DNA of 63,840 nt, counting the filler, from Folioceros fuciformis (lineage: Eukaryota), in NCBI GenBank assembly GCA_049999805.1. It is 18 parts of 18 records of this genome, joined end to end, with 100 filler letters (N's around TTAATTAATTAA, not from the genome) between each part and the next. Parts side by side here need not be neighbours in the genome. Positions count along the whole stretch, not along the records: positions 25,846 to 27,243 come from JBNGIO010006764.1; positions 27,344 to 30,643 come from JBNGIO010006765.1; positions 30,744 to 33,075 come from JBNGIO010006766.1; positions 33,176 to 40,324 come from JBNGIO010006767.1; 14 more parts are not named here. The stretch is one strand, 5' to 3'. The position numbers and the translations under genes were made by a program. Below are positions 25,846 to 39,480 of the stretch, piece after piece. Under the pieces are notes generated by a model that saw nothing but the letters and a program-made list of their open reading frames with translations, did no database searches and was not told the origin of the DNA. Every line of letters begins with the position of its first letter. Within the stretch, counting starts at the first letter, position 1.

Positions 25846-26382
25846 CACATCGCCGGTCCGCATCCGAGCCCCCTGATCCCCGCCCAGCGTGCGGTGCAGC
25901 TCCAACACCATGTCGGGAGTCACCGCCAGCGCCTCCCACTCCCGCTGCCCGGAGCATCCCAGCCGCAAATCGTAGTGCGCCTTGAGGGCGCGCAAGGCCA
26001 TCCCCAACCGGATCACCTCCCACTCCGCATCCCCGGTCCCGTCGCCGCGCCCCAGCACCTCCTTGCTCCGCTCCACCGACTCCATGCCCTCCCCAGCCTC
26101 GTCCGCCGTGTTGCTGCTCACAACAAACCTGGCCACCGCGTCCGACCAGTGATTGTAATCCGCAAATGCCACCGCGGTCGGGCTGCGGGAGAACTTGGCC
26201 GTCCATACCGCCATGTCCTGCACCATCTGGGACGTGCTAGGCACACCCACCCTCCATTCCGGCACCTCCGTCGGCGTGAAATTCATGTGCGATCGACACA
26301 ACGCTGCCAACTCCATGCTCCGCTCACCTCGCCCCGCCTCTCCCACCTCCTTCCTCCCTTCAGTGAGCACCTTCACGGTCAA
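25846..26382 (-). CDS. Putative Fic/Fido-domain protein, N-terminal part (3'-truncated)
   Basis: GC-rich intronless ORF with VVSSN..E, ALRALK, and VTPDMVLELHRTLGG..GARMRTGDV resembling the Fic core (T...I.ELH..L...G..R...V). The catalytic HPFxxGNGR motif is not in this contig. Confidence 0.5.
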
Positions 26383-29300
26383 GGAAGCTCATCTCGCTTA
26401 GCAATGCGATCCATTCATCCAATGAAGCACGGCTGGCATTGGCTGGCGAGGAGACGTGAAATTCCTCTTCCTCTCCTTCACCTGTATATCCCTGAGAGTT
26501 TCCTCCTGGCTCACGACCCAGCTTCAAGTACCATGGCAGGCATGACGGACGATGTCGCAGGATCTGGCTTCGTTTCTCATCAATCTCACGACCTATCCCC
26601 CGGGCGAGGAAGCAAGTGTGATTACTTATTTATGATGGACATATTATGAGTAATTGTAAGCGACAGAACGAGGGACCCCTATCAAAGGGGGCACACGCAG
26701 TTAGAAGCCACTGCAGGACCGTACCAAACACGGGCCAAATCTACGAGTCGTCCTTTTCGCAAGACGATTCGTAATGCAAACCAATACTCTTCCATAAGAG
26801 CATAGAACAAAAACAAACATTGCATGAGAGGTCGTTAACAAAGGATTTTCACAATAGCATCCTTATTTTTAAGCACTCCATCCAAGTATCTATTCAGGCG
26901 CAAGATGCCTAACCAAGAGTTTTTATAAATATGTGTCCACATCTAATCTTAGTTTTAACTAGAAATTTAGCTTAGAAAGCTTTTAAGTGGGCACAAAGCA
27001 TAGAACTCTTTGGGCAATCCACGTCTATGTTAACGATTGTACTTTAAGCAAGTCTCACGATTGTACTTTAAGCAAGTCTCTTAGCTGCATGACTCAAGAG
27101 TTAAAAAACTATGCTTTAGTGGATTCCTCGCCCAATTCACATCATTTTAAAAATTAGGTCTTAATAGGAAATGTGCACATACTAGAAAAAATTTGCATAA
27201 GAAAAACATGATTACCATGCTATCAATTGAACTGAACATGTGANNNNNNNNNNNNNNNNNNNNNNNNNNNNNNNNNNNNNNNNNNNNTTAATTAATTAAN
27301 NNNNNNNNNNNNNNNNNNNNNNNNNNNNNNNNNNNNNNNNNNNGGGCAGCGCAGCACGGCACGGCACGGGAAGGGAGGGGAAGGGAAGGGGTAGTGGCAG
27401 GGCCTTCAAGGGGAAGGGAATGGACTTGAACGACGTTGGCGGCCTGTTACGGAAGGAATCGCGCGCGTGAAGTGACATGTCCTCACCCGGGTGTAGCTTT
27501 CCGGAAATAACACACCACCCCTTTCCACCCTGGTACTGCCTGCTTGAGCAAGCCATCCCTGGCCGGTAAGTGCGTGCGGCCGATGGTCGTGCGGCCCGGC
27601 CCTGGTCGATCAGGCTCCTTTTCCGCGCCGCATACAAAACAAGCGACTGTCGTTTGCTCCGTCCCCAATTGTCCCTACGATGCCCTGCCAATTTCGGAGC
27701 GGAAACTGCTGCTCCCAGTTTCCAGGGTCTCTGTTGCTACGGATCCCCCAGGTATCTCTGTGGAAGCTTGACAAGGAGGATTTTGGTCTGTACCTGCACG
27801 GCCCCAGGCCGCTTGTGCGCCACAAGGCCACGTTCATCCTCCGGAATTAGAGCTGGACTGGGAGCATGTGTGCACCGTGTAATTTAATCACAGTCCATCA
27901 CGCCCTCGGCACGCACGCACATCGATGCTGGCGGGTTGCGGGTTGCGGGTTGGGAATCCGGATCTGGACGAATAAGCCAGCCGCGTGCAATTCGGAAGAC
28001 AATACTGCCTGAAATGCTGATACGACGAAACACAGCAATCACGTTACCAAGACGAACGGCAACCCATTTGCAAGGAGGGGCAGTGGGATCGGCTCTTCTC
28101 GCCTTCCTCACTCGGGCGCCGGGCTAACATTAGCGCTACCGACATCTCCCCGCGCTTCCCACTGGCGTTTCGCTGTTGGGTGTCACGGCAAGGATGAATG
28201 TGCACAGGTAGCACTGGCCAATAGCATCCCGCTCCTCCAGGACGTGCTGGTCTCCCACCTTACAGTACGCGTCCACTGTCCGATCGACTCGGACACAGAC
28301 GAGACACGGAAGGGATCATCTACACTGTCGAAATACAGCCAGCTCCTGCTGCAGTTTTTCTCCATGTTCGGCAGCCTGCAGGACTGTTGTCCGACTCGCT
28401 CAACACCAGAAATATTTGCTGCAGGCCAAGGGACACACCTATTACCGGCTGTAAACCCCAAGGACATGGATCCATATCAATCCCACCAGCTGCACCAAGA
28501 ATGTTGAGACAGCAAGATCACATGCCATGGGGTTGACATTTGTTACCGGCACCGGACGCATCGCATGTAGGATACCTACAGCCAGACCGTACCTGTATAC
28601 GCCGTGTTGGTGTACGTTGAGATCTGGACAGGACCACGTCTGTGCTGTACATACAACCCATAATCGACATCATTAGCGACTGGATCACAACACACACCCC
28701 CACAACACAAATGTCAAGCCAGGGTCCCAAGTTGCAGTGTGGCATCGCTATTCCCAGTGCCACCCCTCTCAGCACCTACTTCCATATGCATGAAGTCTAG
28801 CAAGCGACAGTGGTAGCCTGGAAAAGAAAGTGGGAGGCAGATGAATCGGGAACTGTGGCTGCACCAGACTAACATGCCGGGACAAGGAGGCGCGCGTGAT
28901 TGGACGATGCCACTCTGCATCCTAGGGATTTCCTGATGGCTTCCAATTATGGGGGAGAGCAGCTGTCAAGCTTGCTTGCAGCTTCCTAGGAGCATTAGGT
29001 AGCCGGGACATTCGAGTCGGAGGTGCGGCGACCCGGGCCGACGTCCTTCGACCGTCCAGTGTTGTCCATCTCTCCCAGACTTGTCTGTCGACCAGAGCGT
29101 GGCGTGTCCCGTTTCGACTGGCTCCACCGGCGCCACCGGCTCCACCGGTCTCGTCCAAGTTGCTAGAGACAACAGCAGCCCCTGGCGAACACCTTTACCA
29201 AGCGGGACCAGGCAAAGAACACAAAAGTCAGATGCGGGACAGGATTCCGGCCAGATGCGAACCATCTTAAAATGTCAACATACTTCGCCCTCACTCTCCC

Positions 29301-30183
29301 TCCACTCATGCACCTTTCTAAGTGTCAGAATTTTATGTCATGTGCAACTCTTCTGGTATCTTTGTATATTAAATCTTTAAATGTTTTACTAAAAACGGAC
29401 GGAATGTCCCATCTTCCCAAAAAATTGAAGAAATATGAGAAACACCCTAAAAGGGGCGGAGGGTAGAAAGGAGGATTAGGACCCACAAAGATCACTCCCA
29501 ACCTATCTTTCACCCTACATGTTTGTTGTGGTCTTTGTATATATTATATAAGATATTCAAAACTCAAAATATTCTCTTATTTAGGATATTCCAACATACA
29601 TTCTAAAATTTATTAACATGCTTTTTTGAATATTTTTTTATAAACAGCACATGAGTTTAGAACTCACTTCTCACATGCCTAAGTATGTGAGATTATTTTA
29701 TTTTATTAATATATATATATAGTAATATCTATTATTTATTACGATGTATCAAATATATCTACTCCACATACATACCACTTTGTGGATGAGAATACTAGAG
29801 GGGATGTGAATGATTGGTTATTGAAATGTTTGTGGGGTGCAAGTAATTTATTTGGGCACTTGTGTAACAAATCACTATATTTTGAAGCCTATTAACAATT
29901 TATTCGATTGGGACAACATAATGGATTAGAAGTAAGCTATTCTTGATGAATTTACTATCGAATACCCATACGGACACCACCATACATTACATAGTCCGTT
30001 TTTTCAAGCTAATCAATTTGCCTATTTAGGTAGTGGGTGGCGTCCCGATCCAGGCATCACCAACAAACAAGTTTTTTTTCGTCCCACCCATTGAATGCAA
30101 CACATCAATGCTTCCTCCTTAAGGGTTTTAGGGTTCCATGCCATCACACTAAAAGGAACCCAACTCAAGGCAGCATGCTCTCT

Positions 30184-30252
30184 GTCTCCTCTTAAGAAGC
30201 TAACCTGGTTGTCTCCTCTTAAGAAGCTAACCTGGTTGTCTCCTCTTAAGAA
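30184..30252 (+). repeat. ~27-bp tandem repeat x2.5
   Basis: GTCTCCTCTTAAGAAGCTAACCTGGTT is repeated. Confidence 0.85.
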
Positions 30253-31279
30253 TCCCATGGCCCTGACAAGGATTGAAAGGGAAGAGCTTGAGTGTGGGCA
30301 AAGTGAAGGAGCCTTTTTGCAGAATCAGTACACGTAGAGGAACCCGAGGAACCCTTGGAACCGCAATGAGCATTGAACACAATACATGTGTAATGGAAAT
30401 CCAATATAGCCTCTGATTGTGGCGCAAGCAACCTTGTGAACGCATTTGTGGACAACGTTTTCGTGGACTGAGGCACGAAGATTGAGATTCACTAGAATTG
30501 CGAATCCTTCGTGCGTGCTATGTACCTGCCTGGCCATGGTACTAAACCCTAAAATCCTCTGGTGAGCTAGTGCAGACCCATACTTGTCACTCCGCTAAGT
30601 ATAGACGAATACTCGTTCCTCCGCTTAGGAAGGGGAATCCCTANNNNNNNNNNNNNNNNNNNNNNNNNNNNNNNNNNNNNNNNNNNNTTAATTAATTAAN
30701 NNNNNNNNNNNNNNNNNNNNNNNNNNNNNNNNNNNNNNNNNNNTTGAGCCATCTTGTACTTTATTATATTTTATAAAGTTTAGATATTATCTAAATCTCA
30801 TATATTCTTAAAAAAAAACACCAGACAAATATTATTATAGGTAGGTATTTTTCTGAAACAAAATAATGATTTTCTGACTATGGATAATAATATTCTTTGG
30901 TTAGGCTTAAAACTAGATATTATGCATAAAGCCAAGTTAATGAAGACTTTATTATTAAAATAAGAAGGAAAATATTCCAACTGACCCAAAATAGTGGCGA
31001 AACAAACTAATGAAGGGACTATGAAATGCTGATCTTGTTTCCTACAAGATTACAAGATTAGCACTTTGTTTTTCTCGAGAGGATATTCTATTCGAGACTT
31101 TAGGCAAATATCTTCACCAAGTACTTGTATTTTATGATTTGAATTCTTGACACAAAATGACCAAATGCTTCTCAATATCTAAAGCAATAAATGCTTTGGA
31201 GGTGTGATATCCTATGTGGCATGGCATGCCCCATGTCTTTGGTCACTCTCTCTCTTATCTACCCGTATACCCAGGTTTC

Positions 31280-32580
31280 GCCACAAACAAACGGTGGCAT
31301 AACCTTTTAAACCAAATCCTTTTATGTGGTTAGAGTTCGTTCAGCATGGGATGAATAGTGTTTTAGCCATGGATGCTACATTTGGTATGAACAAGTATGA
31401 GTACTACTTGTTCACTATGAAAGGTTTTCTTATCAACACCTAAATGCTATTCCAATTGATTGGGCACTAATATAGGAGGCTACTATCATTTCTAAATGCT
31501 ATTCCAATTGATTGGGCACTAACATAGAAGGCTACTATCATTTCTTTAGTGTCATGGTTGAAGCCGCTTCGATTCCCAATATGTGCAACATGGGTTCCTA
31601 ATTGTTTTTTTATTGATGATTCTATGGCAGAGATAGGTGCTTTTAAACAAGTATGGGGAACAAATATATATGTTGGTTGAAGAATTGCAAATTGTATCCT
31701 CAACCCGGACAAGATACCATATCTCAATTGAAGGCTTTTCATCGCTTTTTGAAGGAAAGAGTCTCTTTCACTACAGCAGCGTTACCAAGAAGGCATATGA
31801 ATTGGCTTTTGCATCAACTAGTGAATGCGATAGGATGCCACTACTTGTACCTTGATTTCACAAAGGCTAGGGTTATAGGCCAAATTTGAAGCTATATTAA
31901 CATGTTCTATTTGCATTAAGAACCATTCTAAACACAACTGTCATATTTCCAATATTCAATCGGTCTACTGTTGCATATTGTATGTTCTCTGAAGATAGAG
32001 AGAGAATATATGTTATTGAGGTAGCACACTCACCGTGGGCATTTTCTAGTTGTCCGATGAGGCAAAAAGGTATTCTATGCAAATATGTTGTGAAGGTGCA
32101 ACATGTTTGTAGTGTATTTGAACATCCTTCTCATGTTCTGCGCCTTGCATACTGTACCAACGGATATTGTGTTGGGGTAGAGGAAGGAAACAGCGTATTA
32201 CATGACCTCAATGTTGTTGTTCAGATTGATGTGCGAAAAATGCATAATCTAATAATTCCGCAAAGCACGACTTGTAGTATGACACTTAGTTGGAGGCACC
32301 TCGAGAACATAGAAGAGTTCAAGCTGTAAAGTCATCAAGACTTGGATGCAATGTGTATTAGTATTCCAAGCATGGTGGAAGCAAAGCTTGATATTCTATT
32401 TGAGGTTTAAGCAATAATGGAACAAGCACAACATCATATTAGGGAGGTTGCGGCTCAAATGAACGCAACCTCAAGCAACATGACAAGAATAGAGAAGTTA
32501 GTCCCAAATGATGGAACGAATAGGCTGGTACGATTTAGAGGCATTGAAGAATGGTCACGGCCAACGAAGAAGAAAGACAC
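31280..32580 (+). mobile_element. Degenerate MULE (Mutator-like) transposase with SWIM finger
   Basis: AMDATFGMNKYEYYLFT, NAIPI.WAL, WVPNCFFIDDSMAEIGA and SWIM-like FSSCPMRQKGILCKY. There are stops, frameshifts and a ~52-bp internal duplication at 31440-31545. Confidence 0.78.
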
Positions 32581-34256
32581 CTGTTAATTGTAGAGGATGC
32601 CACCAAGTCATAATACTTATAGTGGTTTAAGTAGTTTTCTTTGTTGGATGTAAGTGCTTGCTTGGTGTCTAGCTAAGTTGTGATAAGTGTTCACTAGCCC
32701 AGTTGTTATTAGTTTTGTATGGCATGTGTAACATGATTGAGTGTCATTGCAAATTACAAACCTACGGGAAGGAGTGCTACATGTGATTGCGCTTAATTCA
32801 TATGAGAGTAGATTAGTGAGAACCTCTGCCATGCTATCCTCCATCCTTCATATAGACTATCCTTCATTGCCAACAACAGCTCGCTACTCTACTGCACAAA
32901 AGAACGTCATCTTACATATAGAACAAGGTAGTAAAAGGAATGCAGATGATTATCAAGGCCCTGAAATTTAGACCAGCCACAAAGGTAGTGATTCAGCTGC
33001 AACAACCATGAACATGGGCAGGATGTCCCCTCCACCACCACTATGATCACACGCAAAGTCTATTCAAGATATAACNNNNNNNNNNNNNNNNNNNNNNNNN
33101 NNNNNNNNNNNNNNNNNNNTTAATTAATTAANNNNNNNNNNNNNNNNNNNNNNNNNNNNNNNNNNNNNNNNNNNNCCCAATGCCCTACTCCCAACAGGTA
33201 ACCCAATGCCCTACTCCCAACATTTAGGGAGGGTGGACTGTAATATGTATGCGGTAAACTCGCAAGTGGATTTACTTGATTGTACATAGTTTAATCCCTA
33301 AACAACGGGGTTGCGGGGAGCCGAGTTTTGCGATGGACTCCAATTCAGTTTTTTGGTAGCTTGCGGGGTGACCATTGTTACACCCTAACGCACCCTCCAC
33401 ACAGATCCCTAGAATGTGGTGGAATCGATGGAGACCGTCATCGACCACTGGAAGCCTTCAGCTGTGAAGGGACTTCCAACTTCGGCCGATGGTCGACCCA
33501 TTGCATAGCTCTGGCACCCTCGCCTGCAATTGACTACCTTCCAGCCCCGAGACCTCCTTGCAATCTTCTGCCTCATTCAGATAGTCATACCTTTCAGCTG
33601 TTCCAACTCACCTCTGGCATTGCTCTCTTTGCAATCTTCTACTTCAGGAACAGTTGCAGGCTTCATCAACCACAGCATTGAGAAGCTCATCTTGGAGTGG
33701 AATCTGCTGCGCCTCTATTCCAGACAGATGAATCAAGCAGACATGGTCGTCCCCCAAACCCCTGACTCCGACCAGTCCAGCAGCTATTCCAGACATAAAC
33801 AAACGAACATTTCATTCGAGTCTTTGATTGAAGATTGTTGCACACGAACACAATCACTTCATTGGTAAACACTAAAACCAGTCCCTTCGGCATGCAAGAA
33901 TGAAGCGATACGCAAGGACAAGCTCCTGCAGCAACAGAATACGGATCGACGGCAGAAGCAAACTCGACACTGTAACCACTTAGAGCTGGAACATCAACAG
34001 ATCCTACTGCAAGAACGCTCCATCAATTCCGCTTGCCGTTGAACGAAGGTGACCACAAGCACTTGATACCACACTCAAGCCTTGGAAGACTGACACCATA
34101 GCGTCAGTTAAAATACACATGATGCGGCATAGCATGATAAGACGCTGCAAGAAAGAATTTGTATCGCCGGCCAACGAAAATTCCCCTTCGCAACGCCTCT
34201 CACATCTGGAGCATAAAGAAGACCTGATGGCAGAACATACGCTCTTGAAGCGAACG

Positions 34257-35111
34257 ATGAAGGCTCCCTGGACGCTGCTGCGGCTGCTGGTCCTCAGTCT
34301 GCACTTGCCTCGTCCTCACACGACACACGCCAGGGCTCCGACACCTGCCCCGGCTCCAGCTCCCTCGAGAAATGCAGGGACCAACTCCTTCAACTTCTCC
34401 ATCTCAGAGTGGGACCAGAGTAGCTACTTGACGCTGAGTGGCGACGCGGCCCTGGCGCCAGACGGGAGCAGGCTCCTGTTGGTACCGGGCTTCAGGCGGT
34501 GGGGCACCGCAAGGGCTACTTTTGCAGAGCGAGTCCTTTTCCTGGACGAGAGCAGCAAAGCAGAGGCGTCCTTCTCCACCACCTTCACCTTCTCCATCCA
34601 GGTGAACGATTCGGGGTACATGGGGGACGGGATCGCCTTCCTCATTGCGTCGGGGCAAGAAGTCCCCGAGGGCTACGAAGGCAAAAACATTGGGCTGCAC
34701 GACGCCGGGGTGAGGGATGGTGATCCCGCCATCCAGGTGCTCGCCGTGGAGTTCGACACGCACCGGAACCTGGACCTACAGGACCCCGACGGGCATCACG
34801 TCGGCCTGGACGTGAACAGCCTCGTATCCCTCATCACCAGGGACGTGGCGGCGCTGGACCTGGCCTTGGCCGACGTCGCCGTGCGCAAGCTTACCGCTTG
34901 GATCGACTACGACGCTCGCAAGCACCAGATCGAGGTGCGCCTCGCCAGGTACCCGGCTCCCAGGCGCGACGCCACCCGCCTCTTCACGTACCCCAGGATT
35001 AACCTCGCAAAGATCGTGAGCGGAGCGTCCTACGTCGGCTTCTCTGCCGCAACAGGCATGGCCACCGAGGAGAACACCATTTACTCCTGGTCGTTTCAGA
35101 GCTGGCTGTAG
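34257..35111 (+). CDS. Secreted legume (L-type) lectin domain protein, single exon, no TM or kinase domain
   Basis: Hydrophobic N-terminus, then LTLSGDA, ASFSTTFTFSI, GDGIAF, LAVEFDT, HHVGLDVNS, AWIDYD, YVGFSAATG and IYSWSF. Confidence 0.92.
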   Translation: MKAPWTLLRLLVLSLHLPRPHTTHARAPTPAPAPAPSRNAGTNSFNFSISEWDQSSYLTLSGDAALAPDGSRLLLVPGFRRWGTARATFAERVLFLDESSKAEASFSTTFTFSIQVNDSGYMGDGIAFLIASGQEVPEGYEGKNIGLHDAGVRDGDPAIQVLAVEFDTHRNLDLQDPDGHHVGLDVNSLVSLITRDVAALDLALADVAVRKLTAWIDYDARKHQIEVRLARYPAPRRDATRLFTYPRINLAKIVSGASYVGFSAATGMATEENTIYSWSFQSWL

Positions 35112-35646
35112 GACTACTCACCATCTGTTCAACAATTGCGCGGATTGCAAGGGGAATGCAATGTGGACCACAGCATAATAATTAACCAGCAAATCATGTT
35201 CCCGTCCAAGTCTTCCTCTCGAAGTCTGGTTAAGGCAGAACACAATAATGCCTGTACGCTCCGTGCCGCTGTGGAATAGTCTTGCAGTGTCAACGTCAAA
35301 CGAGTTCGATGCTCTCCCGTCAGCACCAAAGGCTTCACGGACTATCCGCCTCGGTACTTCGAGGCTGATAGCCACTGATAGCTCCTTAAACGAACGAGTT
35401 GCTTCCTTGGCATAGAACAGATCCGAGGCAAGCTTTTGTGATGTTGGACCCATCTACCATTCCTCATCATCATCATCATTCATCATCATTCCTGTCGTCT
35501 TCCGGAGTCCAGGAACGTGATCCTCGAATCTCCAGGCACGAGGCAATTCACATCTCCACAATGGTGGTCCTCAACCACCACCAAACTGTACGCTCTCTGC
35601 CCCATCCTTTTCAAAAGGATGCCCAAGCACAGCTTCAGCGGCAACG

Positions 35647-38600
35647 TCACTCGGCTGATGCTAGCACTTCTGCAGTCACTTCAGATACCTGCGCCACACC
35701 CACGTCACCATTACCCTGTGTAACCGTAGCTGTGATGTATTCATCTACAACCTCCGGTGCATGCGACAATGCTGTGTCCACGACTAGCTCAACTTGTCCA
35801 GTTTCTCCAGCTTGCAGGGTCCCAGGACTTCCGTCGCTACAGAGTCCAAGCGGTTGCCCCTCGAAAGCTTTTTCATCACCTTCCAAGATGCCTGAACTGC
35901 CGTTGCGATCAGCAAGACCTTCATTTCCAGTGTTTGCAGCACTAATGTGCGCCTCCCCTGTCTCCCTGACTTCGACGTCCTGAGAGGACGCTTGCACCTC
36001 CGTTTTCGGCGCGGTCCTCTGTTCACCTGAGGCGCTTGGTTCAACATCCTCCATACTGATGCGAACCCCCTCCACTTGAGTATCTTTGTCGTCGGAAACA
36101 CATTGCAATACGGGTTGCAGCTCGTTTGTTCCCGTCCGCGTCGTTCCCACACCAATCGCTGGCATTGACTGTCCAGCTTGCACTAAGGCCCCCTCCTCCA
36201 TCGTTTCCATCTGGGTCGCATCCCCCGAGTCACCATCTAGAACCGACTTCGCCAATTCAGCAGTTTCTTCTAGATGCTCGCTTGCTGGAACAACTCGAGA
36301 AAGGTCAGTAGCTTCTAATTCAGAAGGCTCTTCATGCTCAAAACCTGCATCAGGACTATCGTCAACATCAACTGGTCCATCTGCGCCAGAGGTTGCAGGA
36401 GGAGACGCTTCCGAGGTCAAAGCTTTTCCGACTGCGAGATCACCGTCAGGCAAACCCTCAGCTGTGCAACGACTTCCAACGTCAGCCGATGTGGACCCAC
36501 CGCATACTTCAGGCTCCGCTGCCTGCAATATACTAAGCTCAGTCTCAACTGCCTCCGATTTACAATCTTCAAGCCCCGAGACCTCCTTGTAATCCTTTGC
36601 CTCATCCAGACAATCCGGTCCACCTGGTCCTAACTCACTTGCCAGATTGCCTTCTTTGCCATCTTCAACCTTGGAAACACTTGATTTACGAATCACAAGG
36701 CGATGAGGACCTGGAACTGGAGTCTCCTGTGACTCTATTTCAGACAGATGACATCGACTTATGACGGGAGCTCCTTGAGTCTCAGCATCATTCTGTGTCA
36801 TATCATGGTCGCCTCTTACAGGCTCCCACAAGCGAGTCCCACAGCCTGATTTTACCCACTCCTCAAAAAGTTGTACACCGGCACTTACAGTGGGAGTTGT
36901 AGCTACATCATCCTCGCCTTCCTCTGACTCATCGTCCAACTGTCGAATGGACAACATTGGCAGTTGTGCCACATGAGGACTCCATGCTGTTCTGTAGGGA
37001 CCAACGGCTTGCACCGTTTCTTCCTCATTAAGTCGAAACCACTCTTCGTTATCATTTCGAAGCTGGTTTACAGTGTTCATCTGCTCCTGTCAAATGACCA
37101 ATTACGAAAAGTGAGAATGCTTTCCATAGACCCTGACGCCTGTCGCACCTTCACCCAGATCTGAACCGAAATAGCTAGTAGACATCAGCACATCAACAAG
37201 AAAAACAAAAGGTTGCTATACTGCCGTTCAACCATACCTTCAACAAGTGCTGCAGAGACAGCACTTCGGCACTAGCCTTTTCAACCCGTGCTTCAGACTC
37301 TCTTCTTCTTGCTAGGGCCGCAACTGTCTCCTGCCGCGAGCGCTTTAACTGAAGATGGACAGTTCATAAATCAGTCGGCGCTTACGGCTTTCCACTCAGA
37401 AGCGCGCACGCATTGAAAGGGATCGCGGCACAGCGGATTGAGGTCCCTGTGACAATTTTGGCGAGTGAGGTTGCAGTACCTGCGCCTCCAGTTCTTCCAC
37501 TCGGTGAACGGAGGCCTGTTCAGTGCGTGCACGGAGCTCACGCTCTTGGTCAAGCATTTCCATAAGCTGGTATCTTAGCTCAGCCATTTCTTGAGCCAAA
37601 TCCTCAGCTTCCTCCTTTGCTCTTTCTTTTTCTTCCTTGAGTTCAGTCTGCATGAAATCAAAATAATTCAGCTTAGCTCTGAAAAAGCTGTAAGGATGAG
37701 CAAAACAGAATAACGCGCAAGAAATACGAACCTTCAATTGTGCAACAGTAGACTCGAGCTCACTCAGTTCTTTTGCCTTTTGCATCAATTCCTCTGTGGC
37801 TGCATACTCGCGCCTCTCCACCTCTGCTAGTTTTGATTTCCATGATGCAAGTTCTTCCTCGTCGACAGTATCCAGAGAAGCTTCCCCAATGTCTAGTAAC
37901 GCTTGAATAAGACCCTGGGTCCTCACTGGAGATAATTGCTGTGAAGCAAACCTAGGGGGAGATCTCTGAGGTGAAATATACCTAGCAGACGATCTCTGAG
38001 GGGAAGGGAATCGAGCTGGAGATATCTGAGGGGAATAGAGAAATGCAGTATCTTTTCTTGAATCAAGCGAAAAACTTCTGTTCAGCTTCGATTTGCCGAC
38101 ACCACTGCATGGAAACAAAACCAGAACGTTGAGTGAATCAAGAGCAAATCAAAGCACCGACTTCGCACCAAGTGAAGAAACGCGTACCGTGGCCGGAATT
38201 CGAAGACGTCATCAACATCCGCAAATCCTTCATATAACTCCTCCTCTTCCTGTGCCTGCCATTGAAGTTGCCTAACCTGCTCCAGCAACCCTGTTCTCTC
38301 ATTGTTCCATTCACTGATCCTTTTAGCGTGCACTTGTTCCAGCTGACAGAATGATTCCACCCACGTCCCTTCAGACCTAGCCAAGTCTGTCTTCAGGTGC
38401 ATTATCTCACCTTGTATGTTTATCATCTTTTGCTGTGCCTTAGATACTTGATTCTCCAAGAAGTTCACTAACTCTGTGAGCTTCCTGGCTTCTGCTGTTT
38501 TGTCTTCCAAAGAACGGTGCAGGTCAAAGCAGTCAAATTCAGCTTTGGCAAGCTCCTCCTTCAAGTGCATTATCTGATCTTCATAGTCTGCTTTGCTCCG

Positions 38601-39480
38601 AGCAATTAACTCCTCAAGACGCTCCACAGTTTGAGAAACTGTCGCCAACTCTATGCTCCTCTCCTCTAGGTGTTGCTGCATGCGTAGGTTGTCTGCTTCA
38701 GATTTGGCCAATTCATCGCGCAAATGGTTGACCTTTCTTACGTGCAACGCAACTAGCTGTTCCGAAACAGTGGTGCTCCCTTCAAGCTCCAGCACTTGCC
38801 CGTTCAGACGTTTCAACTCCTTATCTCTCTCTCTCACAACAGCTGTCAGAGAGTCTGCAGGACATTTGTAGATATTCAAACTCGGAATTTCAGCAGAATC
38901 CTTATGTACGTGGAAGGCAGCAAACGAAACAGATAAGCATCGTTGCTAAACATATGTAGTGACTGAAGAAGGCATTTACCACAACGTTGTGAAAAGGTAT
39001 GCAACTGCAACTCCAGCCTCTGAACTGCGGCATCTTGAGCCATCTCATCCAACTGCACACCTTCCAACTCCTGCGTACTGAACCTCTGCACTTTCAAATG
39101 ACAGCAAATGAGCCCCGAGGCCTGGTTTATGGGATGCCAGGACGCCACCTGAGAAAAAGTTTCTTCGAATTCAAAAACAAAATAGAAAACATTACCCGAA
39201 CCATTCGCCGGTTTTTCTGCTGCTCAGCCACAAACATCTGCTCGAAGGTATCCCTTTCATCTTTAAGCTGCCAACAGGCACACGAATAATGTATTGAAGT
39301 TTGCAACAAATGTGTCGGAGAGTTGCATGGACAAGAGATGCGTGCATAAAAGGACCCTCTTCCCGCGCAGCCGACACACCTACCTGCTTACATCTGATCT
39401 CCAAAAACAGAAGATCTCCAGTTTGGCCACCTGAGGGGAGAGCTCCAGCACTGTCACTTCTCGAGTGCAAATAGCCCTGG
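35647..39480 (-). CDS. Long coiled-coil 'myosin heavy chain-related' plant protein with acidic low-complexity tail, multi-exon; 5' end uncertain
   Basis: Heptad-rich exons, the conserved-looking EAEDLAQEMAELRYQL...EQASVHRVEELEAQ, SPxR repeats, and a 477-aa Glu/Asp-rich final ORF. Confidence 0.72.
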
